A stretch of 64,000 nt of DNA from a virus. The stretch lies in the IMG/VR virus record IMGVR_UViG_3300008261_003175; one strand, written 5' to 3'. Below, piece after piece: positions 60,078 through 64,000 of the stretch; within the stretch, counting starts at the first letter, position 1, and each line of letters starts with the position of its first letter. A program made the translations under genes and the position numbers. Under the pieces are notes generated by a model. That model was given only the letters and a program-made list of their open reading frames with translations. It made no database searches and was not told the origin of the DNA.

Positions 60078-60455
60078 ATGAACGATAACACAAGAATCAG
60101 AATCGCAGTACCAGCTCACCTTTACGAGAGCGTTAAGAAACAATTAACTCTAAAAGAAGCCAAGCAAAACTTCGGTGCAGGGTATACTCCTGTAAAAGAA
60201 AAGAAAATGCCAAGCGAATCTAAACCTAAAGTTGAAGGTATGAAATCTTCTAAAGCTCAAAAAATGGAAGGAGAAAAAACAGAAAAAACCATTGAAGAGA
60301 GATTAGGTCTTTTGGAGAAATTGGTTAAAGCAATGTCAAAAGGCAAATCAAAAAAGCAAGAGGGAATGGAAGACGAAATTGGCTACGAAGCAGGAGAACA
60401 ACACCCAGACGATAAACCAGGAATACCAAAATCTTTGGCAGGCGAAAAAGATTAG
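60078..60455 (+). CDS. Hypothetical charged protein
   Basis: ORF between sheath and tube; LYE/LKE sites. Confidence 0.55.
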   Translation: MNDNTRIRIAVPAHLYESVKKQLTLKEAKQNFGAGYTPVKEKKMPSESKPKVEGMKSSKAQKMEGEKTEKTIEERLGLLEKLVKAMSKGKSKKQEGMEDEIGYEAGEQHPDDKPGIPKSLAGEKD

Positions 60456-60529
60456 TCTGAGAAAAAATAAAAACGTAATATTTATTATTACATAACAAAA
60501 TTAATAAAACAATATAAATTATAAATAAC

Positions 60530-61015
60530 ATGCCAGTATTGGATCCAAATGAAATCATGTTTACAGCTTTTGAACCTACTGTTAATAACAGGTTCATCAT
60601 GTATATCGACGGCATTCCGTCCTACTTGATTAAAAAAGCTGATGCTCCCGGTATTACTTTAAACGAGATCAAGATAGATCACATGAATGTATACCGTAAG
60701 TTGAAAGGAAAAGCGGAGTGGAAGGACTTGAGTCTTTCTCTTTACAACCCGATTTCTCCTTCCGGTCAACAAGCCGTTATGGAATGGGTGCGTTTGCATC
60801 ACGAGTCAGTAACTGGAAGAAACGGTTACTCAGACTTCTACAAGAAAGATTTGAACTTGTCGATCATCGGTCCTGTTGGAGATGTTGTATCTGAGTGGAT
60901 CATCAAAGGAGCATTCATTAAAGAAGCGTCTTTCGGATCTTACGATTGGTCTAACTCAGATCCTACTGAATTGGCAATCTCAATCGGAATGGATTATTGT
61001 ATTTTGAACTACTGA
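60530..61015 (+). CDS. Tail tube protein (gp19-like)
   Basis: FEP...NRF, KGKAEWKDLSLSLY, VMEW, YKKD, EWIIKGAF. Confidence 0.9.
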   Translation: MPVLDPNEIMFTAFEPTVNNRFIMYIDGIPSYLIKKADAPGITLNEIKIDHMNVYRKLKGKAEWKDLSLSLYNPISPSGQQAVMEWVRLHHESVTGRNGYSDFYKKDLNLSIIGPVGDVVSEWIIKGAFIKEASFGSYDWSNSDPTELAISIGMDYCILNY

Positions 61016-61065
61016 TGCTTAATTATTAGAATATTTGCATACTTAATTACTAACGAACTAAAAAG

Positions 61066-61092
61066 AAAGCCTTCCACTTGGAAGGTTTTTTT
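61066..61092 (+). terminator. Rho-independent terminator
   Basis: GCCTTCC-actt-GGAAGGT followed by a T run. Confidence 0.8.
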
Positions 61093-61139
61093 ATGCGGGA
61101 AACTTTAATAGTTTATATTTATAAATAAACAAATAATTT

Positions 61140-61895
61140 ATGACACATCAAGGTTTTACACTTCCCACAGAAACGGTAAAATTACCATCAAAGGGACTAG
61201 TTTACGCAAAAGAAAATCCCCTATCCTCAGGAGAAATAGAAATGAAATACATGACAGCCAAAGAAGAGGATATTTTAACAAATCAAAACTATATATCGCA
61301 AGGCATAGTTTTTGATAAACTGTTTCAATCAATGATCGTTAGCAAAATTAACTACGACGATTTGATCGCAGGAGACAAGAACGCTATTCTCATGGCAGCA
61401 AGAATTTTAGGTTATGGAAAAGATTATCCCATTACGTATCCTAATCCTGAAAATGGCAAGAACGAGGAGTTCGTGGTTGATTTAACAAGATTTGATCACA
61501 AAGAAGTAGATTTTTCTATATTCAATAACAAGAATGAATTCGAATATACTTTGCCAAAATCAGGAAACACTGTTACTTTTAAATTATTAGATGGATCTGA
61601 CGATAGAACGATAGAGAGAGAAATAAAATCTCTAAAAAAAGCAAATATATCTAACGAAATGACTCTTAGATTAAAACAGCAAATTCTATCTATAAATGGA
61701 AATCCTGATAAAAAAATTATTAGAGAATTCGTAGACACAGGGCTTCTAGCGGCAGATGCTTTAGCTCTTAGAAAATATATCAAAGAAATATCTCCGGACA
61801 TCAATATGACGTTTACGTTCGTCGGATCTACAGGATACACAGAGGAGGGTGTATCTTTGCCAGTTGGACTTTCCTTTTTTTACCCTCAACTCTGA
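61140..61895 (+). CDS. Baseplate hub / tail assembly chaperone (gp26-like)
   Basis: LPSKG..Y, MTAKEEDIL, GDKNAILMAARILGYG, LPKSG; upstream of the tape measure. Confidence 0.8.
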   Translation: MTHQGFTLPTETVKLPSKGLVYAKENPLSSGEIEMKYMTAKEEDILTNQNYISQGIVFDKLFQSMIVSKINYDDLIAGDKNAILMAARILGYGKDYPITYPNPENGKNEEFVVDLTRFDHKEVDFSIFNNKNEFEYTLPKSGNTVTFKLLDGSDDRTIEREIKSLKKANISNEMTLRLKQQILSINGNPDKKIIREFVDTGLLAADALALRKYIKEISPDINMTFTFVGSTGYTEEGVSLPVGLSFFYPQL

Positions 61896-62160
61896 GTATA
61901 GAAAAAACGTATTTGAGTCGATTCACGATATCGTATTTCATGGAAAAGGAGGATACGATTGGCAGACTGCGTACAATATGCCCATTTGGCTTAGACGATT
62001 TACTCACAAATCTATATCGGACTTTTATGCAAAAGAAAAAGAAGAGTACGAAAAACATTCTGGAAAAAAGAAAATCGATCCAAATAATCCAATAAAAGAA
62101 AATTTACCAAATGTAAATGTTCCAGATTTTGTTTCTAAATTAAAATCCTCAAAAAAATAG
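61876..62160 (+). CDS. Tail chaperone extension, probably reached by a frameshift
   Basis: +1 frame open across the T7 run: FTLNSEYRKNVFESIHDIVFHGKGGYDWQTAYNMPIWLRRF. Confidence 0.6.
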   Translation, partial: FFTLNSEYRKNVFESIHDIVFHGKGGYDWQTAYNMPIWLRRFTHKSISDFYAKEKEEYEKHSGKKKIDPNNPIKENLPNVNVPDFVSKLKSSKK

Positions 62161-62199
62161 TTTTGCAAAATATTTATATGAAACGAACTATTAATATAA

Positions 62200-64000
62200 A
62201 TGGCAGAAAATAGTAATAATCCTCAGCAGTCAGCAGCAAATGCGGCTAAATTTACGAAACAGCAATTTGAAGAGTTAAGGGTCTTATCTAAAAAACTTGG
62301 AGATGAGTTAACAGAGAGTTTTGAGCAATATACAAAAAGAATGCCGACTGAACAAGCATTAAAAGATTTACGATCAATGCGTAAAGAAGTTAATGATATG
62401 CAAAGCGATTTTGGCGGAGCGGTTAGAATTTTTAAAGACGCTGTAAAAGAATTCAAAAAGGGAGATCAATATCTACATGATTCTGTTAGTGCCATGAAAA
62501 AATTGTCAGACGTTGCAGAAGAATTAAGAAATGACCAATCGGGAATAACACAACTGCATCAAAAAGATTTATCTAAAATAATAGAAAAAATTCAAAAGCA
62601 GCAACTTCAGTTAACATTGGCTAATAAATTTGGAAAATTATCAGAAGCTCAAAAAAAAGAAAATGAGAATACTCTAAGATATACTGATTTAATATTAAAA
62701 GGTGCGCAACGAAGATTAGCAGAAGAAAAAGATATAGAAAAAAGAATGGGTATAGCTGGAGTCGCAATGAAAGGATTATCTACGGCTTTAGATAAATTCG
62801 GAATGGGCGGCTTACTTCAAATGGATCAGATCTCTGAAAAAATGGACGAAGTCGCAAGGGATGGAGGCAGCAAGTGGAAAGTATTGGGAGCCGGGTTAAA
62901 AGAATCTTTTAAGTCCGTAGGAGAAGCGTTAAAAGATCCAACAGTGCTTATAACAGGCATATTCGGTATGCTAAAGGGCATAGTAGATCTAGCATTAAAA
63001 TATAGAGATCTTCAATTTGAAACAGGCAAAGCTTTGGGAATGGGAGTGACCGAAGCAGGAAAACTTAGATCAGAATTTAGGCAGATTGCACAAGCAAATA
63101 ATGATCTGGGTTTGACAGCAGGTCAGTTAGTTGAAACATACGGTCAATTAAATGATCAGTTGGGTTTTATGGGTCCTACGAATGCAGAATTTCTAACAAC
63201 TACTGCTGGTATACAAAGAAGAATAGGCGCTTCAGCAGAGCAGATGGAAAGACTTCAAGCTTTTGCTATGGGCGCTCATAAATCTCTACAAGCAACCTAC
63301 GCCTCGGTTGTAAATTCAGCTAAAGCAATGGGAGCAAGATTGAAATTGAACATGTCAGAAAAGCAAATTCTTGATGGCATTAGCAAAGTTTCCGCTGGGG
63401 TTCTTTTAAACATGAAGGGAAATATTCCTGCACTTGCAGCCGCTGTTGTTCAAGCCAAAAAACTTGGCACAACTCTAGACGAAATAAATTCTCAAGGAGA
63501 ACAAATGCTAGATTTTGAAAGTAGCATGCAGAAACAGATGGAGTTTCAATTGTTGACTGGTAAAGAAATCGATCTATCGAAAGCTAGGGAACTAGCGTTA
63601 AACAACGATACGGTTGGGTTAATGCAAGAATTGAATAGATTGGGTTTGAGTCAAACTGAATACGAAAAAATGAACTTCGAGCAAAGAAGATCGTATGCTG
63701 AATTACTTGGATTATCTAAAGATAAGGTAGAAGAAATATATCATCAACAAAGTTTAACGAACGAATTAGGAAAGGAAGCGGGAGAACAATTAAAAGCAGA
63801 GTATGATGCTAAAGGAAATTTAATAGGTCAACAATCAGCAGCCGATGCTTTAAAAGCCTCTGCTCAAGAAAAGATGACAGCCGCTATAGAAAACATGAAA
63901 GAAAAATTAGGAGAAATGCTACAACCTGTAGCTAAATTAGCAGAACAGTTTTTAGGATGGATAACTAATATAGACAATTTAAAGATGGTATTAGCTGGAG
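62200..64000 (+). CDS. Tape measure protein (partial, runs off the window end)
   Basis: ATG at 62200, open to the end; helical A/K/E/L-rich, MLDFESSMQKQMEFQLLTGKEIDLSKARELAL; follows tube and chaperone. Confidence 0.85.
   Translation, partial: MAENSNNPQQSAANAAKFTKQQFEELRVLSKKLGDELTESFEQYTKRMPTEQALKDLRSMRKEVNDMQSDFGGAVRIFKDAVKEFKKGDQYLHDSVSAMKKLSDVAEELRNDQSGITQLHQKDLSKIIEKIQKQQLQLTLANKFGKLSEAQKKENENTLRYTDLILKGAQRRLAEEKDIEKRMGIAGVAMKGLSTALDKFGMGGLLQMDQISEKMDEVARDGGSKWKVLGAGLKESFKSVGEALKDPTVLITGIFGMLKGIVDLALKYRDLQFETGKALGMGVTEAGKLRSEFRQIAQANNDLGLTAGQLVETYGQLNDQLGFMGPTNAEFLTTTAGIQRRIGASAEQMERLQAFAMGAHKSLQATYASVVNSAKAMGARLKLNMSEKQILDGISKVSAGVLLNMKGNIPALAAAVVQAKKLGTTLDEINSQGEQMLDFESSMQKQMEFQLLTGKEIDLSKARELALNNDTVGLMQELNRLGLSQTEYEKMNFEQRRSYAELLGLSKDKVEEIYHQQSLTNELGKEAGEQLKAEYDAKGNLIGQQSAADALKASAQEKMTAAIENMKEKLGEMLQPVAKLAEQFLGWITNIDNLKMVLAG

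Noticed and set aside
1-64000. Many antisense or overlapping ORFs in the track (e.g. 1197-1448, 12957-13388, 27173-27688, 37867-38385, 39841-40113, 53426-53977)
   Set aside because: They are shadows of well-supported genes on the opposite strand or frame; poly-Ser runs mirror acidic tracts
1-64000. CRISPR array, tRNA, rRNA, tmRNA, IS/integrase, DGR or retron reverse transcriptase
   Set aside because: No repeat-spacer array, cloverleaf or RT/transposase motifs seen by eye; not machine-scanned
1-64000. Stop-codon reassignment as in some large phages
   Set aside because: Core genes are intact under code 11, and TAA, TAG and TGA all end genes at natural boundaries

Overview
This window is a 64-kb AT-rich segment of a large T4-related (Caudoviricetes) contractile-tailed phage, using the standard genetic code. 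The host is probably Bacteroidota, inferred from A-rich leaders without Shine-Dalgarno sequences and a Gln-after-signal-peptide protein. Positions 404-19250 form a minus-strand block: baseplate (gp5-, gp25- and gp6-like), a gp55-like late sigma factor, an HD hydrolase, a glutaredoxin and a probable structured ncRNA. Positions 19349-64000 form a plus-strand block: primase, PD-(D/E)XK exonuclease, about 20 putative internal head/cargo proteins, terminase, portal, prohead protease, scaffold, major capsid, PhoH, neck, tail fibres, two tail sheaths, tube, tail chaperone and a partial tape measure. The top finding is a 295-aa ORF (4223-5110, -) with a circularly permuted Hint/intein in the order IntC-payload-IntN, a natural SICLOPPS-like architecture predicted to cyclise or polymerise a 163-aa payload. 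It sits inside an apparently split baseplate beta-sandwich gene. Other highlights are a ~270-nt structured RNA, a shared capsid-targeting/protease-site leader family, a virion-wide [ST]-[GA]-S motif, an ATATTTAT late-promoter motif with probable leaderless mRNAs, a +1/-2 tail-chaperone frameshift, and a relic fibre-gene start forming a 22-bp direct repeat. All calls come from manual motif reading; no database searches were run.
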